This document shows positions 41,201-53,188 of a stretch of DNA of 64,000 nucleotides, one piece after another. The stretch lies in NCBI GenBank assembly GCA_053919585.1, contig CM132825.1, one strand, 5' to 3'. The notes under the pieces are model-generated. The model was not told where the DNA came from. It worked only from the letters and a program-made list of their open reading frames with translations, and did no database searches. The stretch comes from Euprymna scolopes (lineage: Eukaryota). The position numbers and the translations under genes are program-made. The first letter of the stretch is position 1. Every line of letters starts with the position of its first letter.

Positions 41201-44200
41201 AACCGTCCCACAGCAGAATCTTACATTTGTTTTGTGTCGCATCATATAATAACCGTCCCACAGCAGAATCTTACATTTGTTTTGTGTCGCATCATATAAT
41301 AACCGTCCCACAGCAGAATCTTACATTTGTTTTGTGTCGCATCGTATAATAACCGTCCCACAGCAGAATCTTACATTTGTTTTGTGTCGCATCATATACT
41401 AACCGTCCCACAGCAGAATCTTACATTTGTTTTGTGTCGCATCATATAATAACCGTCCCACAGCAGAATCTTACATTTGTTTTGTGTCGCATCATATAAT
41501 AACCGTCCCACAGCAGAATCTTACATTTGTTTTGTGTCGCATCATATAATAACCGTCCCACAGCAGAATCTTACATTTGTTTTGTGTCGCATCGTATAAT
41601 AACCGTCCCACAGCAGAATCTTACATTTGTTTTGTGTCGCATCGTATAATAACCGTCCCACAGCAGAATCTTACATTTGTTTTGTGTCGCATCATATAAT
41701 AACCGTCCCACAGCAGAATCTTACATTTGTTTTGTGTCGCATCATATAATAACCGTCCCACAGCAGAATCTTACATTTGTTTTGTGTCGCATCATATAAT
41801 AACCGTCCCACAGCAGAATCTTACATTTGTTTTGTGTCGCATCATATAATAACCGTCCCACAGCAGAATCTTACATTTGTTTTGTGTCGCATCGTATAAT
41901 AACCGTCCCACAGCAGAATCTTACATTTGTTTTGTGTCGCATCATATAATAACCGTCCCACAGCAGAATCTTACATTTGTTTTGTGTCGCATCATATAAT
42001 AACCGTCCCACAGCAGAATCTTACATTTGTTTTGTGTCGCATCATATAATAACCGTCCCACAGCAGAATCTTACATTTGTTTTGTGTCGCATCATATAAT
42101 AACCGTCCCACAGCAGAATCTTACATTTGTTTTGTGTCGCATCGTATAATAACCGTCCCACAGCAGAATCTTACATTTGTTTTGTGTCGCATCGTATAAT
42201 AACCGTCCCACAGCAGAATCTTACATTTGTTTTGTGTCGCATCATATAATAACCGTCCCACAGCAGAATCTTACATTTGTTTTGTGTCGCATCATATAAT
42301 AACCGTCCCACAGCAGAATCTTACATTTGTTTTGTGTCGCATCATATAATAACCGTCCCACAGCAGAATCTTACATTTGTTTTGTGTCGCATCATATAAT
42401 AACCGTCCCACAGCAGAATCTTACATTTGTTTTGTGTCGCATCATATAATAACCGTCCCACAGCAGAATCTTACATTTGTTTTGTGTCGCATCATATAAT
42501 AACCGTCCCACAGCAGAATCTTACATTTGTTTTGTGTCGCATCGTATAATAACCGTCCCACAGCAGAATCTTACATTTGTTTTGTGTCGCATCATATAAT
42601 AACCGTCCCACAGCAGAATCTTACATTTGTTTTGTGTCGCATCATATAATAACCGTCCCACAGCAGAATCTTACATTTGTTTTGTGTCGCATCATATAAT
42701 AACCGTCCCACAGCAGAATCTTACATTTGTTTTGTGTCGCATCATATAATAACCGTCCCACAGCAGAATCTTACATTTGTTTTGTGTCGCATCATATAAT
42801 AACCGTCCCACAGCAGAATCTTACATTTGTTTTGTGTCGCATCGTATAATAACCGTCCCACAGCAGAATCTTACATTTGTTTTGTGTCGCATCATATAAT
42901 AACCGTCCCACAGCAGAATCTTACATTTGTTTTGTGTCGCATCATATAATAACCGTCCCACAGCAGAATCTTACATTTGTTTTGTGTCGCATCGTATAAT
43001 AACCGTCCCACAGCAGAATCTTACATTTGTTTTGTGTCGCATCATATAATAACCGTCCCACAGCAGAATCTTACATTTGTTTTGTGTCGCATCATATAAT
43101 AACCGTCCCACAGCAGAATCTTACATTTGTTTTGTGTCGCATCATATAATAACCGTCCCACAGCAGAATCTTACATTTGTTTTGTGTCGCATCGTATAAT
43201 AACCGTCCCACAGCAGAATCTTACATTTGTTTTGTGTTGCATCGTATAATAATCGTCCCACAGCAGAATCTTACATTTGTTTTGTGTCGCATCATATAAT
43301 AACCGTCCCACAGCAGAATCTTACATTTGTTTTGTGTCGCATCATATAATAACCGTCCCACAGCAGAATCTTACATTTGTTTTGTGTCGCATCGTATAAT
43401 AACCGTCCCACAGCAGAATCTTACATTTGTTTTGTGTCGCATCATATAATAACCGTCCCACAGCAGAATCTTACATTTGTTTTGTGTCGCATCATATAAT
43501 AACCGTCCCACAGCAGAATCTTACATTTGTTTTGTGTCGCATCATATAATAACCGTCCCACAGCAGAATCTTACATTTGTTTTGTGTCGCATCGTATAAT
43601 AACCGTCCCACAGCAGAATCTTACATTTGTTTTGTGTCGCATCGTATAATAATCGTCCCACAGCAGAATCTTACATTTGTTTTGTGTCGCATCGTATAAT
43701 AACCGTCCCACAGCAGAATCTTACATTTGTTTTGTGTCGCATCATATAATAACCGTCCCACAGCAGAATCTTACATTTGTTTTGTGTCGCATCGTATAAT
43801 AACCGTCCCACAGCAGAATCTTACATTTGTTTTGTGTCGCATCATATAATAACCGTCCCACAGCAGAATCTTACATTTGTTTTGTGTCGCATCGTATAAT
43901 AACCGTCCCACAGCAGAATCTTACATTTGTTTTGTGTTGCATCGTATAATAACCGTCCCACAGCAGAATCTTACATTTGTTTTGTGTCGCATCATATAAT
44001 AACCGTCCCACAGCAGAATCTTACATTTGTTTTGTGTCGCATCATATAATAACCGTCCCACAGCAGAATCTTACATTTGTTTTGTGTCGCATCATATAAT
44101 AACCGTCCCACAGCAGAATCTTACATTTGTTTTGTGTTGCATCGTATAATAATCGTCCCACAGCAGAATCTTACATTTGTTTTGTGTCGCATCATATAAT

Positions 44201-46873
44201 AACCGTCCCACAGCAGAATCTTACATTTGTTTTGTGTCGCATCATATAATAACCGTCCCACAGCAGAATCTTACATTTGTTTTGTGTCGCATCATATAAT
44301 AACCGTCCCACAGCAGAATCTTACATTTGTTTTGTGTCGCATCATATAATAACCGTCCCACAGCAGAATCTTACATTTGTTTTGTGTCGCATCATATAAT
44401 AACCGTCCCACAGCAGAATCTTACATTTGTTTTGTGTCGCATCATATAATAACCGTCCCACAGCAGAATCTTACATTTGTTTTGTGTCGCATCATATAAT
44501 AACCGTCCCACAGCAGAATCTTACATTTGTTTTGTGTCGCATCATATAATAACCGTCCCACAGCAGAATCTTACATTTGTTTTGTGTCGCATCGTATAAT
44601 AACCGTCCCACAGCAGAATCTTACATTTGTTTTGTGTCGCATCATATAATAACCGTCCCACAGCAGAACCTTACATTTGTTTTGTGTCGCATCATATAAT
44701 AACCGTCCCACAGCAGAACCTTGCATTTGTTTTGTGTCGCATCGTATAATAACCGTCCCACAGCAGAATCTTACATCTGTTTTGTGTCGCATCATATAAT
44801 AACCGTCCCACAGCAGAACCTTACATTTGTTTTGTGTCGCATCATATAATAACCGTCCCACAGCAGAATCTTACATCTGTTTTGTGTCGCATCATATAAT
44901 AACCGTCCCACAGCAGAATCTTACATTTGTTTTGTGTCGCATCATATAATAACCGTCCCACAGCAGAACCTTGCATTTGTTTTGTGTCGCATCGTATAAT
45001 AACCGTCCCACAGCAGAATCTTACATCTGTTTTGTGTCGCATCATATAATAACCGTCCCACAGCAGAATCTTACATTTGTTTTGTGTCGCATCATATAAT
45101 AACCGTCCCACAGCAGAATCTTACATCTGTTTTGTGTCGCATCATATAATAACCGTCCCACAGCAGAATCTTACATTTGTTTTGTGTCGCATCATATAAT
45201 AACCGTCCCACAGCAGAATCTTACATTTGTTTTGTGTCGCATCATATAATAACCGTCCCACAGCAGAATCTTACATCTGTTTTGTGTCGCATCATATAAT
45301 AACCGTCCCACAGCAGAATCTTACATTTGTTTTGTGTCGCATCATATAATAACCGTCCCACAGCAGAATCTTACATTTGTTTTGTGTCGCATCATATAAT
45401 AACCGTCCCACAGCAGAATCTTACATTTGTTTTGTGTCGCATCATATAATAACCGTCCCACAGCAGAATCTTACATTTGTTTTGTGTCGCATCATATAAT
45501 AACCGTCCCACAGCAGAACCTTGCATTTGTTTTGTGTCGCATCATATAATAACCGTCCCACAGCAGAATCTTACATTTGTTTTGTGTCGCATCATATAAT
45601 AACCGTCCCACAGCAGAATCTTACATTTGTTTTGTGTCGCATCATATAATAACCGTCCCACAGCAGAATCTTACATCTGTTTTGTGTCGCATCATATAAT
45701 AACCGTCCCACAGCAGAATCTTACATTTGTTTTGTGTCGCATCATATAATAACCGTCCCACAGCAGAATCTTACATTTGTTTTGTGTCGCATCATATAAT
45801 AACCGTCCCACAGCAGAATCTTACATTTGTTTTGTGTCGCATCATATAATAACCGTCCCACAGCAGAATCTTACATCTGTTTTGTGTCGCATCATATAAT
45901 AACCGTCCCACAGCAGAATCTTACATTTGTTTTGTGTCGCATCATATAATAACCGTCCCACAGCAGAATCTTACATCTGTTTTGTGTCGCATCATATAAT
46001 AACCGTCCCACAGCAGAATCTTACATTTGTTTTGTGTCGCATCATATAATAACCGTCCCACAGCAGAACCTTACATATGTTTTGTGTCGCATCATATAAT
46101 AACCGTCCCACAGCAGAATCTTACATTTGTTTTGTGTCGCATCATATAATAACCGTCCCACAGCAGAATCTTACATCTGTTTTGTGTCGCATCATATAAT
46201 AACCGTCCCACAGCAGAATCTTACATTTGTTTTGTGTCGCATCATATAATAACCGTCCCACAGCAGAATCTTACATCTGTTTTGTGTCGCATCATATAAT
46301 AACCGTCCCACAGCAGAATCTTACATTTGTTTTGTGTCGCATCATATAATAACCGTCCCACAGCAGAATCTTACATCTGTTTTGTGTCGCATCATATAAT
46401 AACCGTCCCACAGCAGAACCTTACATTTGTTTTGTGTCGCATCATATAATAACCGTCCCACAGCAGAATCTTACATCTGTTTTGTGTCGCATCATATAAT
46501 AACCGTCCCACAGCAGAATCTTACATTTGTTTTGTGTCGCATCATATAATAACCGTCCCACAGCAGAACCTTGCATTTGTTTTGTGTCGCATCGTATAAT
46601 AACCGTCCCACAGCAGAATCTTACATCTGTTTTGTGTCGCATCATATAATAACCGTCCCACAGCAGAATCTTACATTTGTTTTGTGTCGCATCATATAAT
46701 AACCGTCCCACAGCAGAACCTTGCATTTGTTTTGTGTCGCATCGTATAATAACCGTCCCACAGCAGAATCTTACATCTGTTTTGTGTCGCATCATATAAT
46801 AACCGTCCCACAGCAGAATCTTACATTTGTTTTGTGTCGCATCATATAATAACCGTCCCACAGCAGAACCTTA
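17233..46873. repeat. 50-bp tandem satellite, about 593 copies (29.6 kb)
   Basis: Consensus catcatataataaccgtcccacagcagaatcttacatttgttttgtgtcg repeated head to tail. Only a few recurrent substitutions and one 1-bp register shift near 30666. Confidence 0.99.
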
Positions 46874-47150
46874 GTACTAGATGTCAGGTGGATCACACTC
46901 TCTACTTCTGTGTGGCAAAACCTACACTTTTTGTCATTGCTGAGACCACTCATCTTCTAAAAAGCATTGGTTATCAAACCTTGATCTTGGCCAACCATTT
47001 TAATTCTCTGCCGATCATAATGGAACGGTCCTCTTTTTAACCAGTCTATAGAGCCTTCCATGTCTATATAATCCTAGGTGAATTCATCCAGAAAATACTT
47101 GCCACAATGTTTGTGGGCCCATTCTTCCAATATTTTGTAATATTTCATAA
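46862..47150 (-). mobile_element. RLE-type (R4/Dong-like) retrotransposon remnant, upstream half
   Basis: Minus strand reads EEWAHKHCGKYF..*DYIDMEGSIDWLKRG...GQDQGLITNAF*KMSGLSNDKKCRFCHTEVESVIHLTSSTKVLL: the W..HG, WL..G, QDQ and CxxC..E..H knuckle motifs, with 2 stops. Confidence 0.85.
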
Positions 47151-47171
47151 AAGCGATTATGTTTAGTCAAA

Positions 47172-47600
47172 TCAGACACGGCATATCAACATTGATACTC
47201 TGTGAGGTTGAATATACTGAAGCTTGATTAGATTCTTTAATTGAACATGTCCAGGAAAGAAAGCACAGATGTGGCTACATAATCCCATGGATGGGTGTAT
47301 GGTGGCTTTATAGCGATATAAGATACTCTTAGGTGTGAGTAATTTTAGAGTACGATAGAAAGAGGCCACTTTCTTTTCAGCCAACTTTATAATGCCCACA
47401 ATGTAGTTATTACAATTCGTGTTGTCTTTGTATTTTAAGCCGAGGAGTTAGAACGACAAACTCTCGGGTATCGTATTATTTGTCATAGCAGTCATTGGTT
47501 GAAAAGGTTGTTTTTAGTTCTTAAAGGAAAGGAGCGCAACCTTAGTAGCATTTAAGTTCGAAACACGATATAGATTCTCTTCGATTTCATATTTCCAATC
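47172..47600 (-). mobile_element. CR1-group decayed internal fragment
   Basis: IIKLAEKKVASFYRTLKLLTPKSILYRYKATIHPSMGLCSHI parallels AAGKMVGSFYRS..LTADAILYLYKSQVRPRMEYCCHI of copy 1. Confidence 0.75.
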
Positions 47601-47854
47601 GAATCTCTTAAGCTGGAATTGAAGGAGCAACTCTTGGATGAGAAAATACAGAAACCTTGGAGTGGAAAGTCGGATGAAATTTGGACAACCCAAGAAAACT
47701 TGGATGCCATCTATCAACAAGGATCTTAGGGAGTAAAATTTGAACGGAATCAATTCTGAAGAGCATCAAGCTTAGAGACTGAGATTGCAAATTCCCAGAA
47801 AAAGTCGGACCAAATGAAATAAGTTGATAAAATGGTTGATGATGATTCAGAATT

Positions 47855-48375
47855 TTTGAGATGAGGACTGTTATTTTGTATTGTTTGTGTTACTATTCTC
47901 ATCTCGAATGTTATTTTCACAAAATCTCTGACCTTCTTCAGTTACACCTTATTGAACTTGCGAATCTAGACAGAATTTTCAACTAAATCTTTTTATATTA
48001 CTTGTATTGATAGGACTATTGTTTTCATCTTGAGTGTTATTTGTGTAATGTTTCGGGCGGATTGTCTTTCAACCAACACGCCTGAGTATAGTTAAAGAAC
48101 AATCCGACCGAAACGTTGCACAAATAACGCTCAAGATGAGAACAATAGTTTGATCAATACAAGTAATATAAAGATTATTTAGCATTTAGAAATAGAAAAT
48201 ATCTACGGAGCCAGTAACTTTTCTCTTTTCTTTTCCAAAAAAACAACCAACATGCCTGATGACAGCCAAAGAACAATCCGACCAAACTGTTGCACAAATA
48301 ACACTCAAGACGAGAACAATAGTCCAATCAATACAAGTAATTTAAGCAATCAGCTCTCATCTAAAAAAACATTCA
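47855..48375. mobile_element. Penelope-derived fold-back repeat cluster
   Basis: Inverted arms at about 47985-48075 and 48090-48181 carrying ccgaaacgttg and caagatgagaacaatagt; a third arm begins cctgatga at about 48255. Confidence 0.7.
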
Positions 48376-48628
48376 AAATTTTAAACTAAACCTTTTTTAA
48401 TTTAGTTCACGAGGGTAGATAGTTCTTGTTTTCACAGCCATAACCAGGCAGAATGTTTTTATTAAAGTTTGCTTCTTCAAACTTCCAAGAGACTCTCTTA
48501 GAATGAGTTGTTATTCAACACTATTCTCTGTTGTAGCACAGATTAATGTTGACCTGTGGCACAGTGGACTAATGTTTAATTCATACCAATGTTGTTTTTA
48601 ACATCAGGATCAATTTTTGTTTTTGCAG

Positions 48629-48737
48629 CAATTCATTCAAATGGCAGAGACATCAGCATTGATTATCCTCAACAAGCTCACTGGACTGGAGTAATTGATG
48701 AAATGGAATTGGTTCCTAGTACTCATCCTGGAGTTCT
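48629..48737 (+). CDS. HERC2: HERC2 exon, SH3-like repeat second half leading into ZZ
   Basis: tttgcag| ... |gtaagt; (A)IHSNGRDISIDYPQQAHWTGVIDEMELVPSTHPGV. Continues the 16362 exon in phase across a 32,159-bp intron. Confidence 0.95.
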
Positions 48738-49034
48738 GTAAGTAAAACTCTAATAATTTTGATAAAAGTTTAAATATTATAGAAATGGTGTATCGATGTA
48801 AACCGTAAAAAATGAAAAAGGAAAAAATAAAAAGAAGAAATGTGTCTTAAATATATCAAGAGATTATTTTTCTAACAGAAATAAAATTGAAACAAGAACA
48901 GATATTATTTAAAAAGGCGTCAATTTAATTGGCACATTCAGCGATTTAAAAAAAAAAAAAAAAATTTTTTTAAATATTGAAAATCTAAAATGCTATTCAA
49001 GTAGTCGAGAAATTTTCTTACCATAGTGATACCA

Positions 49035-49450
49035 AAATAGGTAAAGTCATGGCGTGTTTTATTGCGAGAAGAAAAAAAATTTTGTGTATTCATAAAAAAT
49101 TTTTGTTTGTTTTTGTTAAATATTATTATATGAGGAATCTTTTTCAGTTGAAACCTATTGAGAAAAGCTCATTTTACATTGAGAAATACACACTTAAAAT
49201 ATGTAAACATTAGTTGATGAATAGCAAGTTATCCAAAATGGTTGTCTATTTGGGCCATATTTGATGTTTACATATTTAAAGTGTGTATTTCTCAATACAA
49301 AATGTGTATTTCTTAATCGATTTTAACTTGAAAAGAATCCATTATATTGGAAGAAAATTTAACAAAAACAAAACAAAAAAAAATTTATGAATATAGAATT
49401 TTTTTTTTTTTTTTTTTTTCAATAAATTCATGCCATGATTTAGTGACTTT
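49035..49450. mobile_element. MITE-like fold-back element, copy 2
   Basis: Shares the aataaattcatgccatgatttagtgactt terminus and the internal catatttaaagtgtgtatttctcaat with 5564-5878. Confidence 0.72.
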
Positions 49451-49774
49451 GTCCCAAGAAAACAGGGTAGAGCAAATAGTAAGATTGCATAATTTCAGAA
49501 TGGAGTAAATTCAGAGGTGATGGAATAAGTTTAGGGAAATTTTGATATTGCTAACCAGTAGAGCATTACCATTATCTGGTGATGTATAAAAATGAAATCT
49601 AGCCAGTGAGGATTGAGGGCATGGTCTTACAGACCAGCTTAAATCTAATAATCTTACAGATAGACTAAATCTGGCCAGTATAGGGAGATGTGTGCAAAAC
49701 AGGAGACTTTGTTAGTATGGTCATGTTAAAAATAATGGACTAGAGTTCTTGAATCAGTAGAGTTGAGGTAGCAG

Positions 49775-50135
49775 AGGAAAGCTAAACAAAACATGGGAGG
49801 AAGTGATGAGGATGGACTTGACAGAAAAATGAATAAATAAAGATCTGGCCAGAGATAGATTAGTTTGGAAGTCAATTTCTAAAAGCTGTTCAACACATGC
49901 CAGTATGTTAACAGATGTTAAACCGCATGTGATGATGATAGTAAAAGAATGGATGAAAGAGTTCTTGGGTTAGTAGATGTAGAACAGTTGAGGAAGCAGG
50001 GTCAGTTGGCAGAGGAAGGCCAAAGAAAACATGCGACGAAATGGATCTGAGAGAAAGGAGGATAAATTAAGACCTGGTCAGAAATAGATTTGTTTAGAAG
50101 CCAGTTTCTAAAAGCCATTTAACACATAGCAACAT
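49775..50135 (+). mobile_element. Two RTE-clade 3' end remnants
   Basis: aaaacatgggaggaagtgat...ctggccagagatagattagtttggaagtc (KTWEEV..DL) with a (gat)n tail; a further copy lies at 60735-60835. Confidence 0.6.
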
Positions 50136-50429
50136 AAAAAAATATATTTAATCAAATATGATGGTACATTATTTCTTGACTATTAAAAATTAAAATAATA
50201 ATACGAAATAAGATATTACCTTTCTGAAATTTTAAGATGATTTATTTTTTTTTTATTTTTTTTTTTATTTTGTATTTTTTATTTTTTGTGTTACATAGGA
50301 GTCACAATTTATAAAGGCCCAGAGGCCATTCGAGGATAAGAGTTATTGAGTGTACAGTGCTCAATGGGATAATATCGTACCAGAAAAAGTCGGACCAAAT
50401 GAAATAAGTTGATAAAATGAATGATGATG

Positions 50430-51420
50430 ATTCAGAATTTTTGAGATGAGGATTGATATTTTGTATTATATGTATTACTATTCTCATCTTGAATGTTATT
50501 TTCACACTTCAGTCAGTGTAATATCTGACCTTCTTCAGCTACATCTTATTGAACTTGCGAATCTAGACAGAATTTTAAACTAAACATTATTATATTACTT
50601 GCATTGATCAGATTATTGTTCTCATCTTGAGAACAATAATTTTTGTGCAATGTTTCGGTCGGATTTCTTTCGACCAATATGAATATTCATATTGAATTCT
50701 TCAAATTACGGTACACATTTTTAGTGTTATTTTCACAACGTCAAACTCTGGAATCTTTCTGTTGGACACAAGAATCTGCACAGAATTTTAAACAGAATCC
50801 TTTATTTAATCCAGGAGGATAGCATGCTATCATTTTGTGTCGCCCGCACTGAAGATTGAACCTTCAGAAGAGTGTAACTTAACTGAATTTTACCAAGCAC
50901 TTGTATCCACTCGAATTGCAGCAAAATCCCACCCCTACACAGTAGAGATTCCTAGATGTAAGAGAGCTTTCTACTCCAGTAGTTTCTTCCCCAGAACCGC
51001 TAGACTTTGGAATTCCTTTCGGGTTCCTGCTTTCCCAACTGTATTGACATGCAGAAGTTCAAGCGTAATGTGAACCAACATCTTGCTGCCCAACTCCCTA
51101 CATAGTACCCCTGTAGCTTATGTCCCTGATAGTAGCCCCTTACATCAAAGTAGAAATGTGCCTTGTTTGTGGTGAAAATGCAATAAAAAAAAAAAAAGAA
51201 AAAAAGTAATCTATGCTACAGTTCCTTGTGGATTGCATCAGAATTCAACAGAAAGATTCCCGAGTTCAACAGGATACACCTGGAGGTCCGAAGTTTCATT
51301 GACTTTGCAAAAGTAACACTTAAGATGAGAACAGTAGGCCAAGGAATCCAAATGATCTGAAATGATACTTAAAATTTTCACTAGGGTGATGTAGTTTGGT
51401 TACAGACACCTCATCTCTAT
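50430..51420. mobile_element. Penelope-derived repeats with a nested CR1 subfamily B 3' end (50900-51205)
   Basis: Arms tactattctcatcttga / ttaagatgagaacagta; nested SHPYTVEIPRCKRAFYSSSFFPRTARLWNS followed by an A-tail. Confidence 0.68.
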
Positions 51421-51467
51421 TATAATAAGTCCGTCTTTATTATTTAGTTGCTTTTTATGTTTTGTAG

Positions 51468-51604
51468 GTGTCATGGATGTCAAATGAACCCAATTACTGG
51501 TTCGCGGTTTGAATGCAGAGTTTGCAAGAAATTTGATTATTGTGAAAATTGTTTCAAAACGAAAAGAAACCACAGACATTCCTTCAATGAAATTTCAGAA
51601 CCAG
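51468..51604 (+). CDS. HERC2: HERC2 exon, ZZ-type zinc finger
   Basis: ttgtag| ... |gtgagt; CHGCQMNPITGSRFECRVCKKFDYCENCFKTKRNHRHSFNEISEP, with ZZ Cys/His spacing. Confidence 0.96.
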
Positions 51605-52147
51605 GTGAGTTATTCATTCTTGAGCCCGTGAGGAAGAAGAAGGGTGGGGGGCAACACTAAGCTGTTTCTCACTGTTATCCAACGGCATCAAGTCCATACA
51701 TCAAAGTTGAAAAAATCAGAATTTGAAATTCCAGTAGAATTTCTATCTTGACCAAACTTTTTCAACTTCATATAAGACGCAGGACTACAATATGGGCCAA
51801 GTAGTGAATCTCTGTAATGAACAAAACTGATATTGCCAAAAGTATAACTTTCACCCTTTTTCTGTGACTTTTGATCTAGATATGCCAAAATTTTGACTAA
51901 GTTAGTGATGATTGATCAAGTGATGCCAAGCATATTAACAAACAAACTTGATCGAAAACATCATCTCTATATTTTCTTTTTAAATAAATAGAAAGAAGGG
52001 GTTTTTAATATGAGTACACAAAAAAAAAATTATAGGTGTGTATATATATATATATATATACGCGGGGTTTTTTTATATTCAAAAGTAATGGACTAATGAA
52101 TTCAACGAGGTTGTTAGATAGTGCTCAATAAAAAGAGCTGATAATAC

Positions 52148-52379
52148 TTGTTTATTGTTATATAAACATGCTCACATCCCGCTGCTACAAATAGCCACTT
52201 GTTTCAATCAAACAACAGATATCATCAGGCAGCGACTTGACTATTCAAAAGTTCAATGAATAATCATTTTATTCATTGAACTTTTGAATAGTCAAGTCGC
52301 TACCTGATGATATCTGTTGTTTGATTGAAACAAGTGGCTATTTGTAGCAGCGGGATGTGAGCATGTTTATATAACAATA

Positions 52380-52384
<5 letters not shown>
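52148..52384. repeat. Near-perfect palindrome, 116-bp arms, 5-nt loop
   Basis: Arms at 52148-52263 and 52269-52384, with one mismatch (ggcagc vs gctacc). Confidence 0.97.
52298..52352 (+). ncRNA. Type I hammerhead ribozyme motif (mirror copy on the minus strand at 52180-52234)
   Basis: CGCUAC CUGAUGA UAUC uguuguuu GAUU GAA ACAAGU ggcu AUUUGU A GCAGCG: core, three stems and a GUA cleavage triplet. Confidence 0.65.
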
Positions 52385-52425
<41 letters not shown>

Positions 52426-52996
52426 TAAGCTCTATCTTCTATTTGGTTTTATCGAGCTTTTACATCTGGTTTAGATTACTTTATAAATATTCTTTAATAT
52501 TTATAATATACTTTAGTTTTACCATCTTGGATCATTTTGGTAAATTTAATTGTAATTTTATATATATACTTTATTTCCTTATAATATATACCAATCCTTA
52601 TTTAAGAAGCTCACTGTAACTACAGAGCAATATAGTGAATGAATGACAAAAGACTATATTCCACGGTTCATGATGTTAACCATCTTATAATTTATTCCTT
52701 TAATTCAGTTGGCATTTACAATTCTTGACTGTATGTTTCGGAGTGCAAAATCAATCAGTACAAATAGTTGGGTTTAGTGACTTTATTTCTAAAATTCAAA
52801 ATGGCATAATGGAAACATAAGGTATTTACAGCTTCTCTTCCAATTTTTGGATTTTCGTCATGTCAAAACGCACTTTATTTCCTTTTGATAGATTGATTGT
52901 TGCTATTTCTTCTGATGAGTTAAGGGCAAAATAGATTCACTGATTGATGTAATAGTTGAGTGATTGAACATTGGAATATAGACTTTTCTCATTCAT

Positions 52997-53034
<38 letters not shown>

Positions 53035-53114
53035 GTAAACAAAGTTTATTTTTTGTAAATAAATAGAAAAAAGGGTTTTTAATATGCATATCAATACACA
53101 AAAATATTATAGGA

Positions 53115-53154
<40 letters not shown>

Positions 53155-53188
53155 GATATTTATTACTGATTTTCCTTTTTGCTTTTAG

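Noticed and set aside
17233-46873. CRISPR-like array or repeat-protein gene
   Set aside because: Units are contiguous with no unique spacers and no cas genes, in a eukaryotic intron. The 50-nt period cycles through frames containing stops, so the short ORFs in the track are by-products.
52905-52960. ctgatgagttaagggcaaaa hammerhead-like motif (similarly near 12478 and 12620)
   Set aside because: Core incomplete (GAAA or CUGA altered) and stems not convincing.
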